From contig CP104013.1 in NCBI GenBank assembly GCA_025839675.1, forward strand, positions 2,070,001-2,102,000: a stretch of 32,000 nucleotides of DNA, in the 5' to 3' direction. How positions within the stretch are numbered: position 1 is the first letter of the stretch; every line of letters begins with the position of its first letter. The stretch comes from Candidatus Lokiarchaeum ossiferum. Its GTDB lineage: Archaea > Asgardarchaeota > Lokiarchaeia > Sigyniarchaeales > Promethearchaeaceae. Of the stretch, positions 8,834 to 18,437 are shown one piece after another. A program made the translations under genes and the position numbers. The notes beneath the pieces were generated by a model. The model saw only the letters and a program-made list of their open reading frames with translations, ran no database searches and had not been told where the DNA came from.

Positions 8834-8912
8834 AAAAAGTTCATTCTAAACAAAAATGCTTATAGCTTTTTTTGATCAAATCTTAATAAGAGAGTTTAAC
8901 CTAATTTTAATT

Positions 8913-9977
8913 ATGGCCACGAGATCAATTTTACTCACCTCAACTAAGGGAGGTTCTGGGAAATCGGTTATTGCGATTGGTGCCTTTTTAAAATTAAAAG
9001 AAACTGGACATAAACCCGGTTACTTTAAACCCATTGGGGATTCATTGTCCATGACTCCCAAAAATCGCACGGATAAGGATGTATCGGTTATATCGGCAGT
9101 AGTCGCCCGTCAATTTTCAAAAGAACTGATTTGCCCTCAATTTTATAATCCCGAATACTTTCTCGATGAAGTTTTACTTGAAGAAGCTCCAGATGTGATG
9201 GAAAAAATTAAAGATGCATATCAAATCATCAGCGCAAAAACAGATATTATTTTAATTGAAGGAAATCACAACTTCAATCAATACTGTGTTGTTGGATTAG
9301 ATGATCTCCAAATGGCAAAGGAATTCAAATCCGAAGTAATCATTTGTGCACCAATTGCTGATGATGATGACTTAAATCTTGTAGTTGGGACATACAATTA
9401 TATAAAATCTCAAAATGTGCCCATTGCAGGGGTAATTTTAAGTGGCACAACACAAAATGCTGACACAAGAATTGAAAAATATCACAAACCCCTTTTAGAA
9501 AGACTCCAAATTAACGTAATTGGGGGATTGAAAAATTCCAAACAGCTTGAAAAACCAACTATTGCAGAAATTATGGAAGCTGTCCATGGGAATCTAATTT
9601 CAGGGGAATATATCAAAATTAAGAATAATTTTATTGATGGATTTACAATTGGAGCAATGGGTGCAAATGCAGCCATTAGTTTCATGAGAAAACAAAAAAA
9701 CCAATGTATTATAACGGGGGGAGATCGGAGCGATGTAGCTTTGGGAGCAATTGAAATAGGAGCAGGGCTGATTATATTCTCAGGAAATATTGATCCCAAT
9801 CAACGGGTCATAAGTGCTGCTGAAGAAAAAGGAATCCCATTGATCAAATCTCCTTCTGATACTTACACGATAACAGAACAAATTAAGAAGATTCACACCC
9901 ACATTCAACCTAATGAGATTCAATTGTGTCGAGATCAAGTAGAAGAACATGTTGATTGGGATAATTTCCCACATTAA
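8913..9977 (+). CDS. PtaN-like protein (P-loop + DRTGG), paralogue of 4519-5577
   Basis: Collinear with the first copy along its full length: LTSTKGGSGKSVIAIG...GYFKPIGD, RTDKDVSVISAVVAR, IICAPIADDDDLN, CIITGGDRSDVALGAI, HTHIQPNEIQLCRDQVE. I chose the ATG at 8913 (MATRSILLTS), which aligns with the paralogue's N-terminus, over the ORF-track start at 8856. Confidence 0.8.
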   Translation: MATRSILLTSTKGGSGKSVIAIGAFLKLKETGHKPGYFKPIGDSLSMTPKNRTDKDVSVISAVVARQFSKELICPQFYNPEYFLDEVLLEEAPDVMEKIKDAYQIISAKTDIILIEGNHNFNQYCVVGLDDLQMAKEFKSEVIICAPIADDDDLNLVVGTYNYIKSQNVPIAGVILSGTTQNADTRIEKYHKPLLERLQINVIGGLKNSKQLEKPTIAEIMEAVHGNLISGEYIKIKNNFIDGFTIGAMGANAAISFMRKQKNQCIITGGDRSDVALGAIEIGAGLIIFSGNIDPNQRVISAAEEKGIPLIKSPSDTYTITEQIKKIHTHIQPNEIQLCRDQVEEHVDWDNFPH

Positions 9978-9978
9978 A

Positions 9979-10009
9979 TTTTTTTTATCATTAACTTGGG
10001 TTTTTTTTT
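9979..10009 (+). terminator. two oligo-T tracts (T8 at 9979-9986, T9 at 10001-10009) after the second PtaN-like gene
   Basis: Read directly from the sequence, immediately after the stop at 9977. Confidence 0.4.
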
Positions 10010-10094
10010 GCACTCTTTCTTAAAACAAAATATTTTGTTCTATGATTCAAATGGAATCTTACTACTATTTGGATTTAGTATTGGAGCTGCTTGC

Positions 10095-12188
10095 ATGGGA
10101 GAAAAAGATGATGGTCAAATGGAGTTAAATTCAGAAAATTTTGACTTGAGTCAACTGGAACAACAATTCTTACAAGAAGAACAATCGGAATCACTAGTTC
10201 AACAGCTTCAAAAGACAATTAGGGACTTAAACCAACAAATAGAACTCCAACAGAAACATATAGAAGAATTAACCAATTATGATCAAGTTTTGGTAGAGAA
10301 AAATGTTCAAATTAAATCCCTTGAAGATAAATTGCACCCATTAAAGACAAAATTGAATAAGCAAAAGAAACAAATTTCTCAGATAAATGAATTGAAAAAA
10401 AAAGTTGAAGAGTTAACAAAAAAAAATTCCAAATTAGTTGCTGAATTACGACTATACTCCACACCACAAGCTACTTTACAAGATAGATATAAATCCTTAC
10501 AAATTGAACACTCTAAAAGAGAAGTTAAAATAAATTCGTTAGAAGAACAACTTGAAAAGTATAAAAAAGAATCAAAAAATAGTTTTGAATTACAAAAACA
10601 AATCAAAATACTGACGACTGAGATTCAAACTCTCGAAAATGACACAGAGTTGAAGAAACTTCATGAAAAATCTCATGTTTTATCCCTAGATTTAGAAAAA
10701 TTAAGAGCAGATAATCTCCAATTGCAACAAAAATATGACCATCTATGGAAGGAACATGTTGAACTAAAAAATAATTTAGAAACACGAACTTCTTTGAAAA
10801 CTACAGAAAATGCAAATATAGTTTCAGAATTAGAAAATCAAATTAAATCTATGCAGATATCTTGTGAGAAGAATATTAAGGAAAATGATAAATTAAAAGC
10901 GGATAAATTATCATTGAAACAGAAAAATTCAAAGTTAGAACAATCAATTTTTGAGAAAGAGCAAGAATTCAAGGCAATTCAAACTGAAAGTGCATCTCAA
11001 ATAGAGCAACTTAAAAGAGAAATTGAAGAAAACCACAGTTCACGCTTTCATTTGGATGCTCAAATTCAACTTAGTAAAGAAGAAATTAAAAATCTAACCC
11101 AAAAGATAGATGAAAATAGAGAAAAATTTGAAAGCGATCAACAGGAGCAGAGTAGATTTTCCCAAAAGATGCAAGAAAAAGTTCAAGAGCAAGAAGAAAA
11201 AATTCATCAATTACAAAGCAATCTCTTGTTAACTATGCGGAAATATGATTCGGAAATTGAAAAATATCATATTAATATTTCAAACTTGGAATTAGAGAAA
11301 AAATCTTGCATTGAAAATGCAAAAAACAAATTTGAGCATGAAATTCATGTAATGAACGAGAGTTTGGAATCTAAAAAGAGAGAAATAGAAAAAAATTTTA
11401 GAGAGCATAAAATAAATATTGAAAAAATCAATCAAAATCATGAAAGAGAGAAGAAAAAATTAACAAAATCAATTTCAGAAAAAGATAGACAGATCTTAGA
11501 ACTTCAAAACAAATCTCAAGAAAAGCAAGCATTATTACCCCAATTCAAAGAAAAAATAAGTATATATGAGGAAGAAATTCAGAAATTAAAAGATTACCAA
11601 ACAAGAAGTGCAGATGAATCAAAAGAGATCCTTCAAAATCTAAATCGTCAACTTATGGAAGAAAAAGAAACAAATAATAAATTAAATCAAACGATACTCG
11701 AAATCCAGACACATTTTGCATCACAATCTCAGTCTTTTGATATTAAAAGGGAAAAAGAAATAAAGAAGATAGAAAAACAAATTCTTACCCTCAAAAATGA
11801 ACGAAAAATCGATCAAAATAAAATATTAGAAGGAAAACAAGAGAATTCGAAATTGAAAGAAAAAAATTCAGATTATGGTAAAACGATTGAGAAGTTGAAA
11901 ACGGATTTGGAAGACTCTCAAGCAAAATTTAATAATTTTAAGAAAAAATATGAGCCTGCAATAAAGAAATATCAATTAATCACGGAAATTTCACAAACCC
12001 ATGAGAAAAAACATGCAGTTAATGAATCATTTTTTTCAGAAAAAATTTCAAAATTGAAAGACGAACTTATAAAACTCAAGAAAATTCAACATTCTTTACA
12101 ATCTTCACAAGATATGGAAGAAATGAATTTGGAAATTCAAAAGTTGAATAAAAAAATCACCAACCTTCAGAATTTTTTATCTAGATAG
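10095..12188 (+). CDS. very long coiled-coil protein (~697 aa, E/K/Q/L/N-rich), with no NTPase head recognisable
   Basis: Heptad-like E/K/Q/L composition runs almost end to end, with no Walker A motif and no TM segment. ATG 10095 (MGEKDD...) is preferred. The ORF-track start at 9996 is a TTG that overlaps the upstream T9 tract. Confidence 0.75.
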   Translation: MGEKDDGQMELNSENFDLSQLEQQFLQEEQSESLVQQLQKTIRDLNQQIELQQKHIEELTNYDQVLVEKNVQIKSLEDKLHPLKTKLNKQKKQISQINELKKKVEELTKKNSKLVAELRLYSTPQATLQDRYKSLQIEHSKREVKINSLEEQLEKYKKESKNSFELQKQIKILTTEIQTLENDTELKKLHEKSHVLSLDLEKLRADNLQLQQKYDHLWKEHVELKNNLETRTSLKTTENANIVSELENQIKSMQISCEKNIKENDKLKADKLSLKQKNSKLEQSIFEKEQEFKAIQTESASQIEQLKREIEENHSSRFHLDAQIQLSKEEIKNLTQKIDENREKFESDQQEQSRFSQKMQEKVQEQEEKIHQLQSNLLLTMRKYDSEIEKYHINISNLELEKKSCIENAKNKFEHEIHVMNESLESKKREIEKNFREHKINIEKINQNHEREKKKLTKSISEKDRQILELQNKSQEKQALLPQFKEKISIYEEEIQKLKDYQTRSADESKEILQNLNRQLMEEKETNNKLNQTILEIQTHFASQSQSFDIKREKEIKKIEKQILTLKNERKIDQNKILEGKQENSKLKEKNSDYGKTIEKLKTDLEDSQAKFNNFKKKYEPAIKKYQLITEISQTHEKKHAVNESFFSEKISKLKDELIKLKKIQHSLQSSQDMEEMNLEIQKLNKKITNLQNFLSR

Positions 12189-12280
12189 TGCTTGCTTTTG
12201 TATTGAAATAAATATTTAACATTGGGAATTAACATATATCATAAGAATAAGAATTACAAAGCGGGAAATGGGTAAAAAAG

Positions 12281-14185
12281 ATGGAAGAAGAACAGAACAA
12301 TCAGTACAATAATCCGGTAGAGGAACAGAATCAACAAGAAGAAGAAGCAAATAAACCCTCTGAAATAAATTCAGAAGATAATACATCAATTGATACCATA
12401 AACGAAGAAGTAACAATTTCCCCAGACAAGTCTCCTTTTAACACCCCATTACAAGATAATGCATCAGAAATGCAAGAATTAAAAGAACGAGTGGAACGTA
12501 GAAATACAAAGATCAAAGAACTTGAAAATGAAATCAAGGATCTAATATTAGAGATAGAAAAACATAAGAACGAAGTTGACCGATTTTCCGAATTAGAACA
12601 AAACAATAAAGAAATTACAGAAACAAATTCTACTCTACGTCAGCAGATTTTGGAAAATGAATCGGAGCTTTCAATCAATCAAAATGAATTAAAATTATTG
12701 CAATCAAGAGTTAGTTCTCTTCAAGAAGAACTGGAGAATAATCAACATATCTTGAATGATTTTCGGGAAAAAGCTGAAACATATCAAGATTTGGAAGAAG
12801 AAAATCTAAAATTGGCCACTGATATGGAGAAAATTTTAGAAGAAAAGCATGAACTCCAATCTAAAGTGTCTCAAATAACTGAAGATTACGATATGTTGCA
12901 AAATTTTCTTACTCAATCAAAAGAAAATTTATTGGGAATTGAAAAAGAAAATGAAGAATTACGGCACAATAAAGAGCAATTAAATTCTCGAATTTTGGAA
13001 TTACAAGAAGAATTAGATTTAAAAAAGCAAGAATGCATCAACATTCGAGAAGAATCATCTAAAAATGGGGAAGATGTGGATTTAGTTTCCCAATCCTTCA
13101 ATGAAAAACTTAATGAAAAAGAAGTTTTAATTGACGATTTACGACAGGAAATTCGAGATTATAAAGATAAGATCGCATCCATGGTACATAAAGAAGAACT
13201 TGAAAAAATTCAAGCGGATCTATCAGCTAAGGATAAACAGTTAAGTGCTTGGGAAGAAAAATATTCAGAAAAGTCACGCAATTTAGAGAAATTACACCTT
13301 GATGTTGAAACTGAAAAAACAAAACTTCGCGATAAAATTGAAGAGTTACAGACTCAATTATTAGACACTCAAGAATTAAAAGAAAATATGAGTGAAAAGG
13401 AAGAGGTAATTAAGGATTTTGAGAAACGGGAAGAAGAATTTCATGAAGCACTAATGGATAATCTCAGGATCCAAGCGGAAAAAGAAGATTTAAATGATAA
13501 AATAACGGAATTAATCGATCAAAAAAGTGTTTTATTTGAACGCATCAATGAGTTGAAAAATCATGATCGAGGCCATATTGCGATCATCCGACGACTGGAA
13601 GCAAAAGTGGCTGATTTTGAGAAAGAAAAACAACAAGAAAACAAGTCTGAAGAAGAAATACTCAAAGAAAACATTGAAAATGATTTATTAAAACAAAGAA
13701 TTGAAGAATTAAATACCGAAATAAGCGATCAAATAGTAAAAGCTTCGGAAGCCGTGGGCAGATACGAAGTAACCAAAGACCAAATTGAACAATTGAAGCA
13801 TCAAGTCAAAGAGGTTACAGATAAATACGATTTGATTAAGCAAGACATGGAACGATTGGCACGAAAAGCGAGAGAAGAAAAAGAAGAACTCACAGTTAAA
13901 TTGCAAGAAACAGAACAAAAACTCAAAGATACAGCTGAAAAGATGTCACAATTGGAAGACGAGCTGGAACAAGCAAAATCAGGAGGACAATTAAAAGAAC
14001 AAGTTGAAACTCTAAAACGTGATTTAGAAGAACAATCTGGTATTGCAGAAAGCTTGGCAGATGATATGTCCAAATCAAATATTGAATTGCTGATGGCTAA
14101 GAAAGAAACTACCCGTTTAAATGAAGAAATTGTTGGATTAAAACGACGGATTAAATTACTTAGAAGGGATCTCTCCCAAAGATAA
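12281..14185 (+). CDS. very long coiled-coil protein (634 aa) with an acidic N-terminus
   Basis: MEEEQNNQYNN...EEEANK acidic head, then continuous heptad-like E/K/L/Q sequence and a basic C-terminus (LKRRIKLLRRDLSQR). No NTPase motif or TM segment. It lies 92 nt downstream of the previous coiled-coil gene on the same strand. Confidence 0.75.
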   Translation: MEEEQNNQYNNPVEEQNQQEEEANKPSEINSEDNTSIDTINEEVTISPDKSPFNTPLQDNASEMQELKERVERRNTKIKELENEIKDLILEIEKHKNEVDRFSELEQNNKEITETNSTLRQQILENESELSINQNELKLLQSRVSSLQEELENNQHILNDFREKAETYQDLEEENLKLATDMEKILEEKHELQSKVSQITEDYDMLQNFLTQSKENLLGIEKENEELRHNKEQLNSRILELQEELDLKKQECINIREESSKNGEDVDLVSQSFNEKLNEKEVLIDDLRQEIRDYKDKIASMVHKEELEKIQADLSAKDKQLSAWEEKYSEKSRNLEKLHLDVETEKTKLRDKIEELQTQLLDTQELKENMSEKEEVIKDFEKREEEFHEALMDNLRIQAEKEDLNDKITELIDQKSVLFERINELKNHDRGHIAIIRRLEAKVADFEKEKQQENKSEEEILKENIENDLLKQRIEELNTEISDQIVKASEAVGRYEVTKDQIEQLKHQVKEVTDKYDLIKQDMERLARKAREEKEELTVKLQETEQKLKDTAEKMSQLEDELEQAKSGGQLKEQVETLKRDLEEQSGIAESLADDMSKSNIELLMAKKETTRLNEEIVGLKRRIKLLRRDLSQR

Positions 14186-14251
14186 TAATTATTCTTTTTT
14201 CTATTTCGTTTTAATTTTACATGACCGAACAAAAAATTTTTGAAAAAAGAT

Positions 14252-15025
14252 TTAAAGGAGAGTAGTTGCGATATCTGCTGCAAGCCAAAACAATTTTTCA
14301 TGGAATCCCATGGATTTCATAAGATTGCGATGATCCCATTCCAAGCCACTTACATCATCCCCCGCACCTAAAATATAACCTAATGAAACACCTCGAAAAT
14401 CGGCAACAGCCGCCAATGCAGCCGCCTCCATTTCAACGGCAACAGCCCCTTCTTCTCGCCGAAATTTTACCTTTTCAGGTGTTTCACGATAAAAAGCATC
14501 GGTAGTCCATGTTTTTCCTTGAAGATATTTAATATTCTTTTTGTCCAAATAAGATTTTATGACTGTTTGCATGTTCGGATTAATTGCAATTTCACGACTG
14601 GGAGGAAAATAGTGGTAGGATGTCCCGTCTTCCCGAATAGCAGAACTAGGGACAATCAAATGATCTGCTGGAATTGATGGATCCAACACACCACAAGATC
14701 CCACAGCAATTATCTTTCTACAACCCATTCCAATTGCAAATTCGAGCATACTTGCCGCAAAAGGTGCCCCTAAACCTGGAGTAACCACAGCAAGAGATTT
14801 TCCTTTATGAGACATTTTATATAGAGGCAGCGGATCAAGTACCAATGATTTTTCATGACCAATTTCATGTAAAATGTTCTGATCAACCAAATTATTTATA
14901 ACTTTCTTATAAAAGGGAAAAATACAGACTTCGGGAGTTTCAACACCTTTAAAAAAATGGTCAGGATTGATTATCGCTTTTTTTTCTGGATCAAATTCCA
15001 ATATGGGAAATTCTTTAGGCTCCAT
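14252..15025 (-). CDS. nucleoside phosphorylase, PNP/UDP family 1 (uridine/purine nucleoside phosphorylase-like)
   Basis: 257 aa. TPGLGAPFAASMLEFAIGMGCRKIIAVGSCGVL, REDGTSYHY and AVAVEMEAAALAAVA blocks are typical of the family. Confidence 0.8.
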   Translation of the reverse strand: MEPKEFPILEFDPEKKAIINPDHFFKGVETPEVCIFPFYKKVINNLVDQNILHEIGHEKSLVLDPLPLYKMSHKGKSLAVVTPGLGAPFAASMLEFAIGMGCRKIIAVGSCGVLDPSIPADHLIVPSSAIREDGTSYHYFPPSREIAINPNMQTVIKSYLDKKNIKYLQGKTWTTDAFYRETPEKVKFRREEGAVAVEMEAAALAAVADFRGVSLGYILGAGDDVSGLEWDHRNLMKSMGFHEKLFWLAADIATTLL

Positions 15026-15076
15026 TATAATTAAATTACCAAATCGTTTCTAATTCATAAATTTTTCAAAGAAATT

Positions 15077-15090
15077 AAAAAAAAAAAAAA
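15077..15090 (-). terminator. oligo-T tract (T14 on the minus strand) after the acyl-CoA synthetase gene
   Basis: An A14 run on the plus strand ends 5 nt beyond the minus-strand stop at 15096. Confidence 0.45.
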
Positions 15091-15095
15091 GTATG

Positions 15096-16997
15096 TTATT
15101 TTAACAAAGGTTCTATGGCTTTACGAACTTCTTCGACCGATGCTCCATCTTCAATAGTGGAAATATCTCCGATATTTTTTCCCTCTGCAATAGATTTTAT
15201 AATTCGACGCATAACTTTTCCAGATCTCGTTTTAGGCAATCTACTGACATTCAAGATCTCTTTTGGGGTAGCTATTGGCCCTATACCTTCCCTAATTAAC
15301 AACCTCATTTCCTTTTTCAATTCATCGTTGAATACAATGTCTTCTTTTAATACAACTAAAACTAAGGGCGCTTGTCCTTTTACTTCATCAATAATACCGA
15401 TAACCATATTTTCGGCAACCGCAGGATGGGAATTTAGTAATTCTTCAATTTCACGAGTTCCTAAGCGATGAGAAGCAACCTTGATAACTTCATCGGCCCG
15501 ACCTAATACATAATAATAACCATCAGGATCTACGATGGCATAATCCCCTGTATAATACATATCTTTCCCAGGAATTACTTTCCAGTAGGTATCTATGAAA
15601 CGTTGATCATCACCATAAACCGTCATCATGAACCCAGGTGGAGTGGGTGGATGAGCAACCAAAAATCCTTTAACATCAGGATTAACACGATTACCTTCTT
15701 CATCTACAACTTCAAGATTCCATGTCCAAGTAGGGAAAGATGGAGAACCCGCTTTGATTGGAAGATTATCAACACCAACAGGATTACATAAAACGGGCCA
15801 GCCAGTTTCGGTTTGCCAATAATTATCCACAATATCGATCCCCTTTAAAACATCCTTAACCCAATTATAGGTAGGTGGATCTAAAGGTTCACCCGCTAAG
15901 AAAAGATAACGTAGTTTGCTTAAATCATGCTTGGTAATATTTTCCTCAGGATATTTTCGGAGTACTCGAAATGCCGTAGGGGAACTGAAAACAACGTCCG
16001 CCTTAACTTTCGCCATGGTTTCAAACCAAATACCTGTGTTCTGTTCACCGCCTTTCCCATGAATCGGCGTTCCATCGTAAATAATACTTGTGAGTCCGGC
16101 AATAAGGGGCCCATATATGGTATAACTATGACCTACAACCCACCCAATGTCCGAAGTCGCGAAGTAGACAGAATCATCCTTACATCCATAAAGTGAAAAG
16201 ATCGAATAATAGAGAGCAACCATGTAACCGGCAGTATCTCGAAGAGCACCCTTAGGCTTGCCCGTCGTTCCCGAAGTATATAAAATATATGATGGATCAT
16301 CGGATTTTAAGGATGTACAATCAACCTTCTTGATTGGACAAGAAGCTAATTCTGTTTTCCAATCCAGATCTCTATCATTAATAGGTATATAACTTTTTAT
16401 TTTAAAATCTACCACCAACACTTTTGGCACTTTAAAACTTGCGATATCCACGGCATCATTAATAATAGATTTCAGATCTGTAACTTTTCCAGCACGCTTG
16501 CTTCCATCAGCACAGATGATCAGTTTAGGTTTAGCATCATCAATTCGCACAGCAATAGATTCTTTACTAAATCCTGCAAAGATGATAGAATGTATTAACC
16601 CAATTCGTGTGCACGCAAGAGCTGCCACACAGGCTTCAATCGACATGGGAAGATAGATTATAACCCGATCTCCTTTTTTTAAGCCCAAATGTTGGTACAA
16701 TCCCGCCACTTCATTCACTTGTTTGAAAAGATCTTCATAAGAAACTGAAGTTGAAACTTCGTCAACAGGATTTTCGTAAATAAAAGCGGATCGTTTCGCG
16801 TGATCACCGGTAGCCCATCGATCTACAGCGTTGTAACAGATATTAGTTTCTGCTCCAGCAAACCATCTATAAAATGGTGGATTTGATGAATCTAAGACTT
16901 TATCCCATTTTTTAAACCAATGAAGATTTTCGGCAATTTCACCCCAGAAAACCTCTGGTTCTTCTATGGATTTCTTATACAATTCTGAATAACCCAT
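15096..16997 (-). CDS. prpE: AMP-forming acyl-CoA synthetase of the propionate--CoA ligase (PrpE/ACSS3-like) type
   Basis: 633 aa. The N-terminus (YSELYKKSIEEPEVFWGEIA...SNPPFYRWFAGAETNICYNAVDRW), ARIDDAKP, YTSGTTGKPKG, DIGWVVGHSY, DNYWQTETGWP and LPKTRSGKVMRR closely parallel E. coli PrpE as I remember it. Acetate or 3-hydroxypropionate as substrate cannot be excluded. Confidence 0.85.
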   Translation of the reverse strand: MGYSELYKKSIEEPEVFWGEIAENLHWFKKWDKVLDSSNPPFYRWFAGAETNICYNAVDRWATGDHAKRSAFIYENPVDEVSTSVSYEDLFKQVNEVAGLYQHLGLKKGDRVIIYLPMSIEACVAALACTRIGLIHSIIFAGFSKESIAVRIDDAKPKLIICADGSKRAGKVTDLKSIINDAVDIASFKVPKVLVVDFKIKSYIPINDRDLDWKTELASCPIKKVDCTSLKSDDPSYILYTSGTTGKPKGALRDTAGYMVALYYSIFSLYGCKDDSVYFATSDIGWVVGHSYTIYGPLIAGLTSIIYDGTPIHGKGGEQNTGIWFETMAKVKADVVFSSPTAFRVLRKYPEENITKHDLSKLRYLFLAGEPLDPPTYNWVKDVLKGIDIVDNYWQTETGWPVLCNPVGVDNLPIKAGSPSFPTWTWNLEVVDEEGNRVNPDVKGFLVAHPPTPPGFMMTVYGDDQRFIDTYWKVIPGKDMYYTGDYAIVDPDGYYYVLGRADEVIKVASHRLGTREIEELLNSHPAVAENMVIGIIDEVKGQAPLVLVVLKEDIVFNDELKKEMRLLIREGIGPIATPKEILNVSRLPKTRSGKVMRRIIKSIAEGKNIGDISTIEDGASVEEVRKAIEPLLK

Positions 16998-17134
16998 GGT
17001 ATATTCCTTTGTTAAATAGTTTTTTAAAGTTACTTACCTAATGTAGAAAATAACTATCAAAAATCAATATTTTCTTGGAAATTATTGCCAAAAAAAGCTA
17101 AATTTACCAAAAAAATCGATGGTGAAACAAGATT

Positions 17135-18400
17135 ATGGATGAAAATCAATTACAAGCCAAAAAAATTCAAAATAGGTGGCTAGTTGTTATTGCAGCAGTT
17201 ATTCTCGAATTAGCACTTGGTGCGATATATGCTTGGTCAACATTTGCGAGTTATCTAAAAACGGAAGAAAGTTGGACCAGCTCAGAAACACAATGGGTAT
17301 TTTCTGCTGGGACATTAGCTTTGGCTATTGCTGTTATTTTTGCTGGTAAATTAAATGAAAAATTTGGACCCCAAAAACTGATTATTTTAAGTGCTATCGT
17401 TACTGGATCGGGATACATTTTGGGAGGGATATTACCCTTACGCCCCATTTCGATAATTTTAACTGTAGGACTGATTGGTGGAGCAGGTATTGGAATTGCT
17501 TATGCTTTACCAATAAGTGTTTGTTCAAAATGGTTTCCTGACAAAAAAGGTTTGGTAACAGGTCTCGGAATGGCAGGTTTTGGCACAGGATCATTAATTT
17601 GGCAATATTTATTACAAGGTGTGTTTTATGACGCAGTAGGAATCTCATGGACTTTTATCATCTATGGAATCTGTTTTATAATAATGATTATGTTTTCTTA
17701 CTTCTTCATCTATAATCCTCCTGAAGGATACACGGTGGCTGGTTATGACCCAAGTTTAGCAAAAAATGCGAGTGATACCATGGAAGAAGTCAATTACGAA
17801 AGAAAAGAAATGCTTAAAATGCCCCAATTTTATTTTTTGTTTTATACCCTTATGGTAGGCTCAGGCGCAGGACTAATGGTAATTGGAATTTCTAAAATAT
17901 GGTCTCAACAAGTATTAATTAGATTAGAATACGAAAATGCTGCCGCTATTGCAACATTTGCGGCAGCCGTCATCTATCCCCTCTTTAATGGGCTGGGAAG
18001 AATAGTTATGGGATGGTTCTCCGATAAAATCGGCTGGAAGTTATCCATCATCATCATGGATAGTGTACAAGCCATAACTTTTTTCCTAATGGCCATTTTA
18101 GTTCGGTCACCCGCGACCTTATATATTGGAATGGCAATCATTGCTTTTAATTATGGTGCGAATTTTACAGTATTTCCAATGGCCACCGGAGGTGTTTTCG
18201 GACGAAAATATCTTTCTGCCAATTATGGATGGGTATTCTTTTCCTTTGGGATTGGGGCTATTTTCGGCCCTCCTTTGGGGGGATATTTTAATGATATAAA
18301 CCTACAAGTGACTGCTTTTATTATATCAGGAATCAGTTTGGTGATTGGCGTGCTATTAACATTTCTGATTAAACAACCCAAGAAACCATCTTCAAACTAA
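17135..18400 (+). CDS. MFS transporter, oxalate/formate antiporter (OFA)-like family
   Basis: 421 aa, about 12 TM segments. The N-terminal NRWLVVIAAVILELALGAIYAWSTF block is characteristic of OFA-type MFS. GGTGA lies 9-13 nt upstream of the ATG. Confidence 0.8.
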   Translation: MDENQLQAKKIQNRWLVVIAAVILELALGAIYAWSTFASYLKTEESWTSSETQWVFSAGTLALAIAVIFAGKLNEKFGPQKLIILSAIVTGSGYILGGILPLRPISIILTVGLIGGAGIGIAYALPISVCSKWFPDKKGLVTGLGMAGFGTGSLIWQYLLQGVFYDAVGISWTFIIYGICFIIMIMFSYFFIYNPPEGYTVAGYDPSLAKNASDTMEEVNYERKEMLKMPQFYFLFYTLMVGSGAGLMVIGISKIWSQQVLIRLEYENAAAIATFAAAVIYPLFNGLGRIVMGWFSDKIGWKLSIIIMDSVQAITFFLMAILVRSPATLYIGMAIIAFNYGANFTVFPMATGGVFGRKYLSANYGWVFFSFGIGAIFGPPLGGYFNDINLQVTAFIISGISLVIGVLLTFLIKQPKKPSSN

Positions 18401-18437
18401 GGTTATTTTATCCAATTCACCAAATAAACAACTTTTT

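Noticed and set aside
8856-8912. An upstream ATG extension (MLIAFFDQILIREFNLILI) of the second PtaN-like gene.
   Set aside because: The paralogue alignment starts at MATRSILLTS / MTKTIMLTS, and the extension has no counterpart.
9996-10094. A TTG-initiated extension of the first coiled-coil gene. It encodes a hydrophobic stretch ending in ...LLLFGFSIGAAC, which looks superficially like a lipobox and is tempting given the Lnt-like gene nearby.
   Set aside because: It needs a rare TTG start that overlaps the T9 terminator-like tract of the upstream gene. The -3 position is Gly rather than Leu/Val/Ile, the n-region is weak, and a good ATG (10095) follows directly. N-terminal proteomics could revisit this.
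13801-14301. A 166-aa minus-strand ORF, along with other antisense ORFs (10379-10785, 12216-12606, 12913-13101, 13709-13918) within the coiled-coil genes.
   Set aside because: They are antisense to GAA/AAA-rich coding sequence, which gives S/F/L-rich frames that are stop-poor by composition. None has an independent start or RBS context.
15115-16196. Plus- and minus-strand out-of-frame ORFs (15115-15471, 15603-15791, 15920-16114, 15927-16196) inside the acyl-CoA synthetase gene.
   Set aside because: They are nested within or antisense to a gene with strong end-to-end family motifs.
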